From the NCBI RefSeq assembly GCF_009914755.1, contig NC_060930.1: a DNA stretch of 64,000 bases; one strand, 5' to 3'. Source of the stretch: the human T2T-CHM13v2.0 reference genome, Homo sapiens. Under the pieces are notes generated by a model that was not told where the DNA came from, made no database searches, and was given only the letters and a program-made list of their open reading frames with translations. The translations under genes and the position numbers were made by a program. Below, one piece after another: positions 62,816 through 64,000 of the stretch. Position 1 is the stretch's first letter. Every line of letters starts with the position of its first letter.

Positions 62816-64000
62816 TCTGATGAACCTCGACACAGGCTGCAGAGCTCCTCTTTGTGTTCCTGTGAGGACAATGGTTGTGCCCTACCAGGCACTTAGTGTC
62901 CAGGGCACCCACCAGCTCTTTGCAGACAAGTTTCCCAGATGGTCTTTAAATGATCAACCAGGCTCGCTTTCATGGCAAGACCCTTCCTCCCACGGCTTCC
63001 CCCCGGCTGTGTCAGTGAAAACAAGGTAAAACATTAGCTTTGTTATTCAGCCAACAGAAAGCCTCTGGGAGGTGTATGCTGATTTTCTTTCTTTTCTATA
63101 CATTTACATTTTACAAGGGTCATAGCTCATTAAGACAAAAGTAGATCACCAGCGCATTTAACTTTGACCAGAAAAAAGGCACGCCTTTTTAAGTGGCCTA
63201 CATAAGATCTGTGGTCATTTTTAGATTAAACAAATGCAAAATACATTATTTTATATCGGGGCATATTTTTCTATCTTAAATACAATTTTTACTTTTTACA
63301 AGATGCGTTCCAACTCTTGGGAATATTTATTATTAAAAACGGGGCCTAAAACAAATAAGCAGTGTGTAATAAGCAAGTGGTATGTCCACTCAGCAACTGA
63401 GTTACCATATAGTACATAAAGTAACTGTAATCCCTGAAACTCCCAGTATACACAGCTAACCTCAGCCAATACATATTCCTGAAGAGAGATTGCTACAAGC
63501 CAAACTGTGATATCTAACAGGAACAAAGAACTGACTGTATACATTTGGACTCCCCATTTTACTTTGTTATGATTAAAGTATTGCCTTTAATGCAATAAAA
63601 AAAAAAAACCAAGCATATTTGCATTCAAGCTCAAAAAAGGAGTAAGGCGGGATTAAAACCATGGCTTCACGCTATTTTAACTATGAAAGAACATCAATCA
63701 ATAAAACGTAACTGAAAAATTCTTACTTGAAGAATTCTTTAGATAGCAGTAACATCAAATTCTTGTTTTATGTTTTTTCACTTAGTGTTCTGATTCACAA
63801 CTATTTTTTTCTTGTTGGCAACTCCCACTGACTCCAACTTAAATAAATAAAGTTTGTTTTGAGATGAGTTTCCATGGTAAGACACTACTTTAAAGCCGAT
63901 AATGCACTCAGTATGATACAGTTCCTCCACATTTTCTTTTCGCCAGATAGGTAGAATATCTCACATTCCCCTTACAACAACTTTGTAGCTTTCTACATAA

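Noticed and set aside
62569-62892. 107-aa minus-strand ORF across the retrocopy
   Set aside because: Starts at a non-ATG codon outside the inferred insertion and mostly reads the antisense of a coding exon; no support for translation.
62931-62950. AGATGGTCTTT as the TSD partner of AGAAAGTCTTT (62483-62493)
   Set aside because: Two mismatches in 11 nt and far from the inferred 5' end; not distinguishable from chance.

Overview
Primate (human-like) genomic DNA, rich in Alu, MaLR, MIR and L2 repeats. The only protein-coding element I can support is the first coding exon of CNKSR3 (minus strand, ATG at 29541, MEPVTKWSPKQVVDWTR|G, donor after 29490), inside a CpG-island promoter at about 28850-30320. 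Positions 1-29489 are CNKSR3 intron 1 (no exon 2 found in the window) and about 30300-64000 is upstream intergenic DNA. Nearly all entries in the ORF track are Alu, microsatellite or GC-rich artefacts. The most interesting element is at about 62490-62815: one LARP7 RRM1 exon with its intronic AG/GT flanks, carrying a poly(A) signal and A-tail remnant on the opposite strand. This layout fits a retrocopy of the spliced antisense miR-302/367 host lncRNA (MIR302CHG) better than a LARP7 mRNA pseudogene. Other oddities are a 3-codon uORF and a stop-free in-frame leader in CNKSR3, an Alu with a triplicated left arm, a 148-bp local duplication that appears inserted into a MIR, a higher-order AT-rich tandem repeat and a 1.8-kb alternating purine-pyrimidine VNTR. 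Repeat subfamily calls and gene matches are from recalled consensus sequences, and boundaries are approximate.
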